Shown: positions 52,327 to 63,263 of the stretch, piece after piece
Layout: each line of letters opens with the position of its first letter
Numbering within the stretch: the stretch's first letter is position 1
NCBI GenBank assembly: GCA_964633975.1
Contig: CAZWKX010000005.1
Location: 2,815-66,814 of the forward strand
Source of the DNA: an uncultured Acidimicrobiia bacterium
GTDB taxonomy: Bacteria > Actinomycetota > Acidimicrobiia > Spongiisociales > UBA11373
Length of the DNA stretch: 64,000 bases
Direction of reading: 5' to 3'
Position numbers and translations under genes: made by a program
The notes under the pieces: generated by a model
Database searches by the model: none
What the model was told of the DNA's origin: nothing
The model's input: the letters and a program-made list of their open reading frames with translations, nothing else

Positions 52327-52617
52327 TTACAGGCGCAGGTGGTGGCGCCACTCATCACCATCGAGGGAACTCACAAACTCCCTGATCTCCGTCTCGGTGA
52401 TGGGTCCGGAGTCATCGACCACCTCGTAAGCGACGCCGGTCGCCAGGAGGATGCTCACGACACGGTGGTTCGCCGGTCGGCTTTGCAGCTGCTCGCAGTG
52501 CGGGCAGGCAAAGACGTAGGTCCCAGTCCCTGAGGAAGGGGTGAGGTGAAGTGAAAGGTCAGTGGGAGCGAGTTCGACGTCGCCGCAGACGGGGCACGAA
52601 GTGCGGATGGTGGTCAT
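52327..52617 (-). CDS. small zinc-ribbon protein (CxxC…CxxC), hypothetical
   Basis: MTTIRTSCPVCG … FACPHCEQ four-Cys arrangement; between pafC and tatA. Confidence 0.5.
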   Translation of the reverse strand: MTTIRTSCPVCGDVELAPTDLSLHLTPSSGTGTYVFACPHCEQLQSRPANHRVVSILLATGVAYEVVDDSGPITETEIREFVSSLDGDEWRHHLRL

Positions 52618-52708
52618 GTGCCAGGCTCTCTGTTCCGGTGCTCTGCCGCGTGTATCGGGAGGCTTCCCAGGACCCTGAATGACCATTGGAGCTAATAGTC
52701 CAAACGGG

Positions 52709-53644
52709 CTAGCCAGCGGCACCGTAGCGGCGGAGAATCCTCGACTTGAGGTCGCTCACCGCCTCCTCGACCTCGGCGCCCTCCAGCAGGGTCGCGGCAC
52801 CGCCGAGCCGTACCAGGAGACGGGCCGCCACGGACGGCACGGCGGCAGAGAACCGGACCACCTGGGCTACCTCTTCCTGCGAGACCACATCGACCGGGTA
52901 GTAGTCGGACACCCACGCGGCTGCCGGACCCAGGCGGATGAGAGCGGTGACGTCGTCGACCCCAGGGCTGTATCTGATGCCACCCGGCGCTTCCTGCTCG
53001 GCGGGGACAAAACGCTCGCCCGTCGGTCGCACGCGGCGAATCCGGTCGAGCCGGAACACCCTTTCATCGCCGGCGAGGCGGCAAAAGGCCCTCAGGTACC
53101 AGTTGCCCATGGCCGAGTGCACGCTCCAGGGCTCCACCCGGCGAACGGTGGTCTCCCCCTTGGCCAAGGACGTGTACTCAATCTCGACCACCTCTCCACG
53201 CGCCGCGTGACCGCTCAGCAGAGCCACACGCTCGGGTTCTGCCGCCAGCTCAACCGATAGGGCTCCCTGCTCCGGCATCAGCACCCTCTCCAGCTTCTCG
53301 ACGGCCGTCCCGAGCGCCTCAGGTGCGGTACCCGAGGACATCAGCGCCATTCCGGCGGCGAGCAGCATGAGAGTCTCCGCCGTCGTCAGTCGCAGAGGCG
53401 CGGCGAAGTAGTCGGCCAAGTCGACAACCACCTCGTCACCGTCGATGTAGGCCTCCATGAGGTCTCCCGGCCCGTAGCCGGGAAGGCCGCAGACGAAGAC
53501 GAGATTCAGGTCGCGCACGAGCTCTGCGCGGGTGTACCCGAACCGCTCGCAGACCTCGTCCACCGTGGCGCCGGGGTGGGCGATGACCCAGGGAACCATG
53601 GCGAGGATGCGAGAGAGCCGCCTTGCAGCACGCGCGCTGGTCAC
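52709..53644 (-). CDS. pafC: proteasome accessory factor PafC (WYL-domain regulator)
   Basis: HTH + WYL domains; conserved position after pafB; GTG start overlaps pafB stop (GTGA at 53641-44). Confidence 0.85.
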   Translation of the reverse strand: MTSARAARRLSRILAMVPWVIAHPGATVDEVCERFGYTRAELVRDLNLVFVCGLPGYGPGDLMEAYIDGDEVVVDLADYFAAPLRLTTAETLMLLAAGMALMSSGTAPEALGTAVEKLERVLMPEQGALSVELAAEPERVALLSGHAARGEVVEIEYTSLAKGETTVRRVEPWSVHSAMGNWYLRAFCRLAGDERVFRLDRIRRVRPTGERFVPAEQEAPGGIRYSPGVDDVTALIRLGPAAAWVSDYYPVDVVSQEEVAQVVRFSAAVPSVAARLLVRLGGAATLLEGAEVEEAVSDLKSRILRRYGAAG

Positions 53645-54573
53645 GAGGCTCTCACATGCTCTATGAGGCGTTGCCGCACCTCGGCCGGTGCCACCACCTC
53701 GGCGGCGTCCTCGAACCCGATCATCCACCCGATGAAGGCGTCCACATTGGCAACGGGCAAGCGGGCGCTCAGCCCGCCGGCGCCGAGTTCTTCGACCTGG
53801 GCTGCCCCGGTGAGCTGCCGACGCGCCCACCACGCAACCTCCGGATCGAAGCGTGCCTCGACCATGACCTGCTCCTCACCAGCCTCCCAAGGGGCCTCGG
53901 GGAGCACATCGGCGACACGGAAGCCCGGCGGAGGCCTGAAGGCGTTCTCCGGCCCGGTGACCTCGAGCTCCTCGATGCGGTCCACACGGAACGAGCGAAC
54001 GTCGTCTCCACCCGCCGGCGAGCCCGCCAAGTACCAGTGGCCGCGGCGGTGCGCCAGGCCCAGCGGGCGCAGGCGCCGCCGGCGGGTCCTGTAGGTGAAC
54101 CGGACCAGGCGCCGCTCCACCACGGCGCCGAAGAGCGCAGGCAAGTAGTCGAGGGTCTCGCCCAGCTCTGCAGCCAAGGGCTCGCCCCCGGACCCGGCAC
54201 CGGCCCCTCCGAGCTTGAGCACGGCGGCCCTTCCCGGCGACTGCCCCCCAAGCCGCACCACCTGGGTCGCCAGCCACAGGGCGGCGCGCTCGGCATCAGT
54301 AAGACCAGGGTCTTCGAGCGCGTATTCCTGGGGGCGCACCACGTAGCCCTGTTCGACCTCCCAGGCGTCGGTGTAACTCAGGCGCAGCGGTACCCCAAGG
54401 TCGCGCAACAGCTCCTTGTCGCGCTCGAATGTCCGGCGGAACGCCTCATCACTCTCCTGGTCGTATCCGGCGACGGTGTGCCGGATCTCGTCGGCGGTCA
54501 CGGGTCGTTCCACGGTGAGGAGGAAGGCAAGCAGGTTGAGCACACGCTCGACGACACGCTGCATCGCCAGCAC
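53641..54573 (-). CDS. pafB: proteasome accessory factor PafB (WYL-domain regulator)
   Basis: HTH + WYL domains; follows pafA. Confidence 0.85.
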   Translation of the reverse strand: MLAMQRVVERVLNLLAFLLTVERPVTADEIRHTVAGYDQESDEAFRRTFERDKELLRDLGVPLRLSYTDAWEVEQGYVVRPQEYALEDPGLTDAERAALWLATQVVRLGGQSPGRAAVLKLGGAGAGSGGEPLAAELGETLDYLPALFGAVVERRLVRFTYRTRRRRLRPLGLAHRRGHWYLAGSPAGGDDVRSFRVDRIEELEVTGPENAFRPPPGFRVADVLPEAPWEAGEEQVMVEARFDPEVAWWARRQLTGAAQVEELGAGGLSARLPVANVDAFIGWMIGFEDAAEVVAPAEVRQRLIEHVRAS

Positions 54574-54620
54574 TGTATCCGGACGGGGCCACGGAAGGGA
54601 GCCTCAGGCTGCGAGGGCGC

Positions 54621-55976
54621 TCAGAGTGCGGCGATCAGCTTCTCGACACGCTCATCGATGGCCCGGAAGGGATCCTTGCACAGCACGGTCCGCTGCGCCT
54701 GGTCGTTGAGCTTCAGATGCACCCAGTCGACGGTGAAATCCCGCTGGCGGGCCTTCGCCGCCTTGATGAACTCGCCGCGGAGTCGGGCTCGTGTGGTCTG
54801 CGGCGCATGGAGCAGAGCCCGCGTCACATCGTCGTCGGTAACGACCCGCTCCATGAGCCCGCGGCGCTCCATGATGAAATAGAGGCCCCGCTCCCGGGTG
54901 ACGTCGTGGTAGGCCAGGTCGACGAGCGCCAGGCGCGGATGGGCCAGCGGCAGCCCGTGGCGAGCGCGGTACTGATCGATGAGATGGAACTTCGCCACCC
55001 AGTCGCACTCCCGGGTCAGCGTCATGGGGTCCTTCTCCAGGCCTGTGAGCAGGTTCTCCCACATCTCGACTGCCGATTGGACCTGAGCGGGGAAACCTCG
55101 GGTCCGGGCGTAGCGCAACACCCGATCGAGGTACTCCCACTGCATGTCGAGAGCCGACAGCTCCCTGCCGTTGGCGAGCCGAACCTTGCGACGGCAGGTG
55201 AGATCGTGGCTGACCTCGCGCAAGGCCCGGATCGGGTTCTCCAGAGTCATGTCGCGGAAGACGACCTCGTCCTCCAGCATCTGCAGCAAGGCGACCGTGG
55301 TTCCCACTTTCGTGTAGGTCACGTATTCGGACATGTTCGAGTCGCCGGCGATCACGTGAAGCCGCCGATACCGCTCCGCGTCGGCGTGAGGCTCGTCCCG
55401 AGTGTTGATGATGGGACGGCTGCGGGTAGTGGCCGACGACACGCCCTCCCAGATGTGCTCGGCCCGCTGCGATATGCAGTAGACGGTGCCGCGTGCCGTG
55501 TGCAGCAGCTTGCCGGCGCCCGAGTAGACCTGCCGGGAGACGAAGAACGGGATGAGCGTCTCCAGGACCCGCTGGAAATCGCTCTGCCGGGTGATCAAGT
55601 AGTTCTCGTGGCAGCCGTACGAGTTGCCTGCCGAGTCAGTGTTGTTCTTGAACAGGTACACCTGGCCCCGGATACCCTCTTCGTCGAGACGCTGCTCGGC
55701 GGATTCCAGCAGGGCCTCCAGCACCCTCTCTCCGGCCCTGTCGTGAGCCACCAGCTCATACAGGCTGTCGCACTCGGGCGTGGCGTACTCGGGGTGGCTG
55801 CCGACATCCAGGTACAGGCGAGCCCCGTTCTCGAGGAAGACGTTCGAGGAGCGACCCCACGAGACGACCCTGCGGAACAGATACCGGGCCACCTCGTCCG
55901 GCGACAGACGGCGCTGGCCCCGCAGGGTGCATGTCACCCCGTACTCGTTCTCCAGACCGAATATCCGTCGTTCCAC
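54621..55976 (-). CDS. pafA: Pup--protein ligase PafA
   Basis: [11 protein letters not shown]-terminal motif and glutamine-synthetase-like fold; start approximated at GTG 55974-76. Confidence 0.95.
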   Translation of the reverse strand: MERRIFGLENEYGVTCTLRGQRRLSPDEVARYLFRRVVSWGRSSNVFLENGARLYLDVGSHPEYATPECDSLYELVAHDRAGERVLEALLESAEQRLDEEGIRGQVYLFKNNTDSAGNSYGCHENYLITRQSDFQRVLETLIPFFVSRQVYSGAGKLLHTARGTVYCISQRAEHIWEGVSSATTRSRPIINTRDEPHADAERYRRLHVIAGDSNMSEYVTYTKVGTTVALLQMLEDEVVFRDMTLENPIRALREVSHDLTCRRKVRLANGRELSALDMQWEYLDRVLRYARTRGFPAQVQSAVEMWENLLTGLEKDPMTLTRECDWVAKFHLIDQYRARHGLPLAHPRLALVDLAYHDVTRERGLYFIMERRGLMERVVTDDDVTRALLHAPQTTRARLRGEFIKAAKARQRDFTVDWVHLKLNDQAQRTVLCKDPFRAIDERVEKLIAAL

Positions 55977-56050
55977 GCCGAAGAGGGTACCCAGTGCCGG
56001 AGGTTTCGGGGTGCAGCACCGGGCTCTGGGTACCCTGTGCCGGGACACCC

Positions 56051-56389
56051 ATGGCTTCACACGACCATCTCACACCTCTGGCCATCCTCCCGGACCTGGC
56101 CACGGCCCAGCTGTTCTCCGCCCGCCTCGACGCGGCCGGAATCACGGCCCGCCTCCGCGGCGAAGCCCTCGGGCCTTATCGCTTTACGTTTGGGGCCATG
56201 GCAGCCACCCAGGTATGGGTTGCCGAGGACGACATGCAGGAGGCTCTGGAGCTGCTCCACGATGCCGGCCTGGCCGAATTCGCCGAACCCCGCAGCGCCG
56301 ACCAGCCGCCGACCCGCGTTCCCCTTATCCTCGGCGTCATCGGCTTCGTGGCGCTGGTCCTGCTGGTGCGCCTGCTGCTCTTGCTCTAG
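56051..56389 (+). CDS. DUF2007-domain protein with C-terminal TM helix
   Basis: [18 protein letters not shown]… DUF2007 signature; hydrophobic C-terminus [15 protein letters not shown]; ATG 56051; opposite strand to the flanking pafA and prcA. Confidence 0.55.
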   Translation: MASHDHLTPLAILPDLATAQLFSARLDAAGITARLRGEALGPYRFTFGAMAATQVWVAEDDMQEALELLHDAGLAEFAEPRSADQPPTRVPLILGVIGFVALVLLVRLLLLL

Positions 56390-57057
56390 CCGGCCATCTC
56401 GGCGGCCGACAGCCGCCGGAAGGCCCTACGCCCCAAGGTACGGTCCACGACGGCGGCCTCCCAGTCGCTCGGAGCAAACTCTCGATTCGTCGCTGCCGTG
56501 AACGCTCCCTTGGCCCAGGCCGCGGCCTGACCCAAGTCGGCCCCCGGAGCGAACCGCTCCTCGAGCAGCGGCACCAGCTGCTCCGCCTGGCCGCCGATGG
56601 CCGAGTAGTGCTCCTCGTCGTAGAGAGTGCCGTCGTACATGACCCTGAAGAGGCGGTTCTCCTCATCGGTGAGCCCCACTTCGGCCACCATGATCTCGAC
56701 CTCGTAGGGCTTCACCTCTTGCGTGAAGATGTGCCCCAGCGCATGGGAGTAGGCATTGGCGAGCCCTTTTGCGGTCACGTCGCTGCGGGCGTAGGCAAAA
56801 CCCTTCAAATCGGCGTGGCGGATGCCGGCGACGCGAAGCGCCTCGAATTCGTTGTACCTGCCCGCCCCGGCGAAGACGATCCGGTCGTATACCTCGCCTA
56901 TCTTCTGCAAGGTCCTACTCGGATTCTCCGCCACCACCAGGATGCCGTCCCTGTACTCGACGGCCAGGATCGCCTTGCCCCGTGCAATTCCCTTCCGGGC
57001 GTACTCGGCCCGGTCCTTCATGAGCTGCTCGGGAGGCACGTAGAACGGGAGGGTCAT
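56386..57057 (-). CDS. prcA: proteasome subunit alpha
   Basis: 20S alpha-subunit fold; synteny prcB-prcA. Confidence 0.95.
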   Translation of the reverse strand: MTLPFYVPPEQLMKDRAEYARKGIARGKAILAVEYRDGILVVAENPSRTLQKIGEVYDRIVFAGAGRYNEFEALRVAGIRHADLKGFAYARSDVTAKGLANAYSHALGHIFTQEVKPYEVEIMVAEVGLTDEENRLFRVMYDGTLYDEEHYSAIGGQAEQLVPLLEERFAPGADLGQAAAWAKGAFTAATNREFAPSDWEAAVVDRTLGRRAFRRLSAAEMAG

Positions 57058-57839
57058 GAGACTGCTCCCATCACTTCGCGGGCGGTAACGGCGACCTCCG
57101 CTTCCTCGACCTCGCGATACCCCTCGGCGGAAACGACGACGACGTTGGGGAATATGCTCCGCTGCAGATCGGGCCCGCCGGTGGATGTGTCCTCTTCGGC
57201 GGCGGCGACGAGAGCCTCGATGGCCAGCCGCAGAGCCTCATCGTGGCTCATGTCGTCACGGAAGGCGGTGCGGATGTAGAGCTTGGCGTCGCGCCCTCCC
57301 GATCCGGTGGCGGCGTAGTCGGTCTCCTCGTAGCGGCCGCCAACCACATCAAAGCTGTAGAGCCGCCCGCTCTGCTCCAGCTCGTCGTAGCCGCAGAAAA
57401 GAGGCACCACCACGAGGCCCTGGAACGCCATCGGGAGATGGCGGCGGATCATGGCGGCCAGGTGATTCACCTTGCCCTCCAGGCTGAGGCGATTGCCCTC
57501 CAGCTTCTCATAGTGCTCGAGCTCGGTCTGGAACAGCCGGATCAGCTCCGCAGCAACCCCGGCCACACCGGAGATGGCGACCGCGGAAAAGGCGTCGGCG
57601 GGAAAAACCTTCTGCACGTTGCGGTGGGCGATGATGTTGCCAGCCGTCGCCCGGCGATCGCCCGCCATAATGACCCCGTCGGCATAACGGAGGGCGAGAA
57701 CGGTAGTGGCTTCGGGCGCCTCCAAGCCGGGGCCGCGACCGCCCGCGTCCCAGCGCGGCTCCAACCCGCGCGCCCTCAGCAATGCGCCGAAGCTCTCCGG
57801 CGGGCTGATCTCGTCGTGGGGAACACCCTCGAGATTCAC
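57054..57839 (-). CDS. prcB: proteasome subunit beta (with propeptide)
   Basis: Propeptide followed by TTVLAL catalytic Thr; 261 aa. Confidence 0.95.
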   Translation of the reverse strand: MNLEGVPHDEISPPESFGALLRARGLEPRWDAGGRGPGLEAPEATTVLALRYADGVIMAGDRRATAGNIIAHRNVQKVFPADAFSAVAISGVAGVAAELIRLFQTELEHYEKLEGNRLSLEGKVNHLAAMIRRHLPMAFQGLVVVPLFCGYDELEQSGRLYSFDVVGGRYEETDYAATGSGGRDAKLYIRTAFRDDMSHDEALRLAIEALVAAAEEDTSTGGPDLQRSIFPNVVVVSAEGYREVEEAEVAVTAREVMGAVS

Positions 57840-58024
57840 TGGCCCCCCTTCTGCACGTAATTGTTCACGAACTCCTCGGCGTTCTCTTCGAGCACGGAGT
57901 CGATCTCGTCGAGCAGATCGTCGATCTTCTCGGTGAGGTCGCTACGAACGCCGACTGGAGTCTCCTCGACTTCCTCTTGTGCGGGACCCTCCCGGCGGAT
58001 CCGCTTCCGCTCCTGTTCAGCCAT
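57836..58024 (-). CDS. pup: prokaryotic ubiquitin-like protein Pup
   Basis: Ends in …YVQKGGQ; start at ATG 58022-24 ([11 protein letters not shown]…). Confidence 0.9.
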   Translation of the reverse strand: MAEQERKRIRREGPAQEEVEETPVGVRSDLTEKIDDLLDEIDSVLEENAEEFVNNYVQKGGQ

Positions 58025-59510
58025 GGGCTCCTCCGAGGGCACGAATCAGATCGGCGGCGGAGGGAGATCGGTCGATGACGTCAGCAACCCACTCTCGGCC
58101 ACCGCGCAGAGGCTCCATCATAGGCACCCGCTTCAGGCTCTTCTCCCCGACGTCGAACACAAGCGAGTCCCAATTGGCCGCGACGATCGCGTCTGCGTAC
58201 TTTTCGACACACTGGCCCCGGAAGTACGCACGGGTCCGCTGGGGCGGGCTGACCGCGGCCTCGGCCACCTGCTCGGCGGTGAAGAGGCACTGGATCATGC
58301 CCGCGCCGGCGAGGCGGTGATAAAGGCCGCGGGCGGCATCGACGTCGTGATACTGGAGATCGAGGAGACGCAGCTTCGGATCTTGCCAGGAGAGCCCGTG
58401 CCGGTCGGCGTACTCGCGGAGCAGGAGCAGCTTGGCCGTCCAGTCGAGGCGATCGGCGGTGAGGAGGGGATCCCGCTCGAGATCGGTGAGGATCTCCTCC
58501 CACACGAGCAGCACCCGCCTCTGCTCGGGCAGCAGATCGGTCTGCTCCGCGTAGGCGTTGACTCGCTCCAGGAAGGACCACTGAAGCTCGATGGCGGTGG
58601 CCGTGGAATCGTCGGCGAGGCGTATCGGGGTCTGCAACGAGACATCGTGGCTCACCCGCCACACCGACTCGACCGGCTGCTTGAGGCGGATCGGCTCACC
58701 CAGCGCCCCGGCTTCAAGGGCGGCAAGCATCAGCGACGTAGCTCCGAGCTTCAGATAGGTCTGGACTTCGCAAAGGTTGGCGTCGCCGATGATCACGTGA
58801 AGGCGTCGGTACTTGCCCGGTTCTGCGTGAGGCTCGTCCCGGGTGTTGATGATCGGCCGCTTGAGGGTCGTCTCGAGGCCGACCTCTTCCTCGAAGAAGT
58901 CAGCCCTTTGCGTGATCTGGTACTCGACGGGGGGCCGATTGTTCTCGCTCCCCACCTTGCCCGAGCCCGTGAAGATCTGACGGCTGACCATGAACGCGGT
59001 CATGTGGGCGACGATGTCGCCGAAGGGAACCGAGCGCGCCACGAGGTAGTTCTCGTGCGCCCCGTAGGAGTTGCCTTTGCCGTCGCTGTTGTTCTTGTGG
59101 ATCAGGACCCGCTGATCGGGCTGGAGGATCTCGTGCGCCGCGGCGACGGCCCGAGCCAGGACCAGCTCTCCGGCTTTGTCGTAGAGCGCGGCCTCGAGCG
59201 GGTCGTAGCACTCGGGCGTCGAGTACTCGGGATGAGCATGATCCACGTAGAGCCTGGCCCCGTTGGTCAGCACGACGTTCAGGAGACCGCTCTCGACCTC
59301 GCCCGCACCCTCCACACCGTATCCCAGACCGCGCGCGTCGCGACCGGGAGTCTCCTCTTCATACGACCACTGGATGCGGCCTCGTCCACCGGCGTAAGCG
59401 TTGATGACCAAGCTGGAAGCCAGAACGGGATTGAAGTCCGCCTGCCGAAGGATGGTGATCCCGAACTCGGTTTCAGTGCCGAGGACCTTGTGCGCAATCG
59501 CATCGGTCAC
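58017..59510 (-). CDS. dop: Pup deamidase/depupylase Dop
   Basis: [10 protein letters not shown]-terminal motif, PafA/Dop family, 497 aa. Confidence 0.95.
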   Translation of the reverse strand: MTDAIAHKVLGTETEFGITILRQADFNPVLASSLVINAYAGGRGRIQWSYEEETPGRDARGLGYGVEGAGEVESGLLNVVLTNGARLYVDHAHPEYSTPECYDPLEAALYDKAGELVLARAVAAAHEILQPDQRVLIHKNNSDGKGNSYGAHENYLVARSVPFGDIVAHMTAFMVSRQIFTGSGKVGSENNRPPVEYQITQRADFFEEEVGLETTLKRPIINTRDEPHAEPGKYRRLHVIIGDANLCEVQTYLKLGATSLMLAALEAGALGEPIRLKQPVESVWRVSHDVSLQTPIRLADDSTATAIELQWSFLERVNAYAEQTDLLPEQRRVLLVWEEILTDLERDPLLTADRLDWTAKLLLLREYADRHGLSWQDPKLRLLDLQYHDVDAARGLYHRLAGAGMIQCLFTAEQVAEAAVSPPQRTRAYFRGQCVEKYADAIVAANWDSLVFDVGEKSLKRVPMMEPLRGGREWVADVIDRSPSAADLIRALGGAHG

Positions 59511-61225
59511 AGGTACTGGCCTGTGGTAATGGCCTCGATGCTGCGGTTCTTCGTATCGTCGACGAGCGTGCGCACATACACGATGCGCTCACCCTTCTTG
59601 CCCGAGATGCGCGCCCAATCGTCGGGATTCGTGGTGTTGGGGAGATCCTCGTGCTCACGAAACTCCCGCTTGATGGCATCGAGGAGATCCGCCTTCTGTA
59701 TCCCGGCCTCTCCCCCGGCGATCTCACGCTTGATCGCCGCTTTTTTGGCGCGGCGCACGATGTTCTCGATCATCGCCCCGGAGGAGAAGTCCTTGAAGTG
59801 GAGCACTTCCTTGTCGCCGTTGGCGTAGGTGACTTCGAGGAATCGGTTGTCCTGGGTCTCGGCGTACATCGCGTCGACCACGTCGTCGATAAGGGAGCCG
59901 ACCAGCGCGGCACCGTCGTTGCCGTGCTCGGCCAGCTCGGCTGCAGCGAGCGGCACGTCGTCGGTCAGGTAGATGCCGAGTATCTGGCGGGCCGCCTCGT
60001 AGCTCGGACGCTCGATCTTGATCTTCACGTCCAGCCGTCCCGGTCGGAGGATCGCCGGGTCGATCAGATCCTCGCGGTTGGAGGCCCCGATCACGATGAC
60101 GTTCTTGAGCGCCTCGACACCGTCGAGCTCAGAGAGGAGCTGGGGCACGATGGTCGACTCCACGTCGGAGGAGATGCCGCTTCCCCTGGTCCTGAAGAGG
60201 GAGTCCATCTCGTCGAAGAACACGATGACCGGAACGCCCTCGTCCGACTTCTCCTTGGCTCTGGCGAAGATCAGGCGTATCTGACGCTCGGTCTCGCCCA
60301 CGTACTTGTTGAGCAGCTCCGGGCCCTTGATGTTGAGGAAATACGAGCGGGCGTCCTCGGACCCGGTCTTGTCCGCCACCGCTCTGGCCAGGCTGTTCGC
60401 CACCGCCTTGGCGATGAGCGTCTTGCCACACCCGGGGGGGCCGTAGAGAAGCACACCCTTGGGCGCGGGCAGGTCGTAGATCTCGAAGAGATCCTTGTGC
60501 AGGTACGGGAGCTCCACCGCATCGCGGATCGTCTCGATCTGCCTCTCCAGACCGCCTATGTCCGAATACGAGACGTCGGGCACTTCCTCCAGCACCAGCT
60601 CTTCCACCTCCGGGCGCACCAGTCGCTCGAAGACGATCCCGGTTCTGGGATCGAGACGCACACTGTCGCCTACCCGAAGAAAGGCGTTCTCCATGGGCCC
60701 GGCCAGGCTGACCACGAGCTCCTCGTCACCTCGTCCCAGCACGATCAGGCGGCCGTCCCCCAGCATCTCCTTGACCGTCACCACCTCACCCTTCGGCTCG
60801 AAGTAGCGGACGTCGATGACGTTCATAGCTTCGTTGAGTAGGACTTCCTGCCCCCGTTCCAGCTCCTTGACCTCGATAGACGGCTCAACGCTCACCCGCA
60901 ACTTGCGCCCGCCCGCGATCACGTCGATCGTCCCGTCCACGTTGAGCTGCTCGACGACGCCGAAGCTGTTGGGCGGGGCGGTGAGCCTCTCCACCTCGCT
61001 GCGGAGAACGGCGAGCTGTTCACGAGTCTCTTCGAGTGCCGCGGAGAGCCGGTCGTTCTGCGACACCGCCTGGGTGAGCCGCCCCTTCGATTCGATGAGT
61101 CGTTCCTCGAGCACACGGATACGACGCGGCGCATCCTGGAGGCGGCGCCGGAGGACGCCGATCTCCTCTTCGAGCATCTTGATGGTCTGCTGGAGCTCCT
61201 CGACGGAGCGCTGCGGTTCGGGCAT
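59507..61225 (-). CDS. mpa: proteasome-associated AAA ATPase Mpa/ARC
   Basis: N-terminal coiled coil, OB domains, Walker [10 protein letters not shown]-terminal …GQYL. Confidence 0.95.
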   Translation of the reverse strand: MPEPQRSVEELQQTIKMLEEEIGVLRRRLQDAPRRIRVLEERLIESKGRLTQAVSQNDRLSAALEETREQLAVLRSEVERLTAPPNSFGVVEQLNVDGTIDVIAGGRKLRVSVEPSIEVKELERGQEVLLNEAMNVIDVRYFEPKGEVVTVKEMLGDGRLIVLGRGDEELVVSLAGPMENAFLRVGDSVRLDPRTGIVFERLVRPEVEELVLEEVPDVSYSDIGGLERQIETIRDAVELPYLHKDLFEIYDLPAPKGVLLYGPPGCGKTLIAKAVANSLARAVADKTGSEDARSYFLNIKGPELLNKYVGETERQIRLIFARAKEKSDEGVPVIVFFDEMDSLFRTRGSGISSDVESTIVPQLLSELDGVEALKNVIVIGASNREDLIDPAILRPGRLDVKIKIERPSYEAARQILGIYLTDDVPLAAAELAEHGNDGAALVGSLIDDVVDAMYAETQDNRFLEVTYANGDKEVLHFKDFSSGAMIENIVRRAKKAAIKREIAGGEAGIQKADLLDAIKREFREHEDLPNTTNPDDWARISGKKGERIVYVRTLVDDTKNRSIEAITTGQYL

Positions 61226-61353
61226 GCAGATCCTCGACGACGAGAAGCGAAGTATACGGCGGGGCTTTCTCTGGACCGATCACCCGGTTGCTTGTGGAAT
61301 GGGTCCCGCTCGTTACAATCGAGACCCGGCCGACAGACTCGGAGTTCACTGAG

Positions 61354-61599
61354 ATGAAGGTTTGGATCGACCAAGACCTATGTACCGGCGATGGCCTCTG
61401 TGAGGAGATCGCTCCCGACGTGTTCGTGCTTCTCGACGACGGCCTCGCCTACGTGCGCGAGGGCGAGAAGATCTACGCGGAGTCCGAGGGCAACTCCCAG
61501 GGTGCCCAGGGCCTGGCGGAGGTCCCCGCCACCCTCGTGGACGCCGTTGTCGAGGCGGCGGAGGAATGCCCCGGCGAGTGCATCTTCATGGAGGAGTAG
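61354..61599 (+). CDS. small ferredoxin
   Basis: Cys motifs DQDLCTGDGLCEE … ECPGECIF typical of actinobacterial 3Fe/4Fe ferredoxins; ATG 61354 with upstream GGAG. Confidence 0.8.
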   Translation: MKVWIDQDLCTGDGLCEEIAPDVFVLLDDGLAYVREGEKIYAESEGNSQGAQGLAEVPATLVDAVVEAAEECPGECIFMEE

Positions 61600-61612
61600 C
61601 ACCACCAAAGCC

Positions 61613-61640
61613 GCCGACCCCGCCGGAAGAGCGGGGTCGG
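61613..61640. terminator. GC-rich hairpin between convergent ferredoxin and trmI genes
   Basis: 10-bp stem CCGACCCCGC / GCGGGGTCGG with 7-nt loop; no clear U-tract. Confidence 0.3.
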
Positions 61641-61645
61641 GCGCG

Positions 61646-62434
61646 TCAGGCTTCGGGCCTGATCTTGCGGGCGACGTTGATGAATCCGGTGTGCCCGATC
61701 ATGCGGTGAGAAGGCCGCACCGAGCGCCCCTCCGCCACCCACTCGCGCAGCAGCACTTCGAAGGCACCGATGTCGGCGAAGCATTTGGCGTGCCGCAGCT
61801 CCTGGTGGAGACGCTGGACCTGCGGGACCGTCGGCAAATAGGCGGTCAAGACCCCACCCAATTGAAGCCCGTTCGCCGCGGGAGCGACCACGTGCCACGG
61901 CTCCGGCACGTCGAGCACGAGCCGTTCGGGCGCCACGCTCTCGACCAGATCCTCCACCATACCCACGCGCAGGTCGAGGTTCGGCGGGAGGCACCCGAAG
62001 AAGCGCGTGATCACAGCGCGGGCCACCGCGGCGTGATCCTCACGCTCGTCGACGCTCACGACGAGCCCATCCGGACCGACGGCCCGCACCAGCGCCGAGG
62101 TCAGGGCACCGGAGCCGGTGCCTGCTTCCAAGACCGTCATGCCCGGACCGATGTCGCCCCAGTGCAGCATGGGGCCGATGTCCTTGGGGTAGATCACCTG
62201 GGCGCCGCGCCGCATGGACAGGATGTAGTCGGCCAGGCGCGGACGCAGCGCCACCAGCCGGCCGCCCGCCGACGTGCGGAACACGGAGCCTTCCTCGCAG
62301 CCGATCACATCGCCGTGCGAGAGCGAACCGGCGTGGTACTGGAATCGTCCGTCGGGCTCGAGATCGACGAGGTAGTGCCGCCCCTTCCCATCGATGAAGA
62401 GACAGGGCTCCCCCGCAGCGAAGGCGCCCATCAC
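61646..62434 (-). CDS. trmI: tRNA (adenine58-N1)-methyltransferase TrmI
   Basis: SAM-binding LEAGTGSGALT; Rv2118c-like; synteny upstream of mpa. Confidence 0.9.
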   Translation of the reverse strand: MMGAFAAGEPCLFIDGKGRHYLVDLEPDGRFQYHAGSLSHGDVIGCEEGSVFRTSAGGRLVALRPRLADYILSMRRGAQVIYPKDIGPMLHWGDIGPGMTVLEAGTGSGALTSALVRAVGPDGLVVSVDEREDHAAVARAVITRFFGCLPPNLDLRVGMVEDLVESVAPERLVLDVPEPWHVVAPAANGLQLGGVLTAYLPTVPQVQRLHQELRHAKCFADIGAFEVLLREWVAEGRSVRPSHRMIGHTGFINVARKIRPEA

Positions 62435-62568
62435 CGTCCCGCGAGGGTGAACGGCAGAACGATCGAGAGCACGAGGGCGGCGCTGACCACAACGACCAGA
62501 ATCCTGACCATGCGCCGGCGATTGCGGAACACGCCGACACTCTAGGCCGCGCCTCTATCATCGGGCCC

Positions 62569-62763
62569 ATGAATCTCGTCAGCAGCGGAGCCCGAGCCTT
62601 GGCCCGAGGAGCGCGCTCCGGCAGCGCGGCCCTGGCCGGACTGGGGGCGACGCTGCTGGCGGTCGGGTGGCTGCGGCGCCGACCCAAGCGTGTACTCGTC
62701 TACTCGAAGACGCTCAAGAAAGGCGAGGCGCTCCGCGTCCGGCTGGTCGAGCCCGACGACTAG
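62569..62763 (+). CDS. small hypothetical protein (64 aa)
   Basis: High GC3 ORF with one hydrophobic segment; weak RBS. Confidence 0.3.
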   Translation: MNLVSSGARALARGARSGSAALAGLGATLLAVGWLRRRPKRVLVYSKTLKKGEALRVRLVEPDD

Positions 62764-62778
62764 GGATACCCCCGGCTC

Positions 62779-62973
62779 CTAGCCGAGGCGATACACCTCG
62801 ACTCGCGCCTTGCCCTTCTTGCCCTTACGGCGACCGAGCAGGTAGACGAGCAACGCGATCCCCACCGCGCCCACCGCAGCAACTACGCCGGCGCGAGCCG
62901 CACCCTTGGTCTCATCGACGATCTCCCGTATCTCGCGCAGCTTCGCCTCGAGGTCGGCTCTTTCCACGCTCAC
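62779..62973 (-). CDS. small DUF3618-like membrane protein
   Basis: Amphipathic N-term (ADLEAKLREIREIVDETKG) + one TM helix; GTG start overlaps holin-like stop (GTGA 62970-73). Confidence 0.4.
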   Translation of the reverse strand: MSVERADLEAKLREIREIVDETKGAARAGVVAAVGAVGIALLVYLLGRRKGKKGKARVEVYRLG

Positions 62974-63263
62974 TTGACCGCCCTCCACATGATGAACCCG
63001 GCTGCCGCGAACACGCCGATGGCGGCGATGACGTAGCCGAAGCCACTCCAAACGGCGCCGTCGGGAAGAAACCCGACGATGACCCGCATCGCGGCCACCG
63101 CGATGAACAAGGCGGCGAGCACAAAGATCAATGAAGCGGCGAAACCCAGCCCGGCCAGGCGGCCCAGCCGTTTCGCCGGCTCCACCGTCTGTTCCTTGAC
63201 GTACCGCTTCGCCAAGTCGACGAACTCGCCGACGAGCTCGGGGAGCTCCTTGACTCTCGCCAC
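62970..63263 (-). CDS. actinobacterial 'phage holin family' (Holin-X) membrane protein
   Basis: Two TM helices with characteristic KRYVKEQT…GLGFAASLIFVLAALF…; GTG start shares a base with the upstream stop (TAGTG). Confidence 0.7.
   Translation of the reverse strand: MARVKELPELVGEFVDLAKRYVKEQTVEPAKRLGRLAGLGFAASLIFVLAALFIAVAAMRVIVGFLPDGAVWSGFGYVIAAIGVFAAAGFIMWRAVK

Noticed and set aside
62970-63263. Phage holin implying a prophage
   Set aside because: This belongs to the actinobacterial Holin-X family of small chromosomal membrane proteins. It is flanked by trmI and a LON-domain gene with no phage structural or lysis genes.
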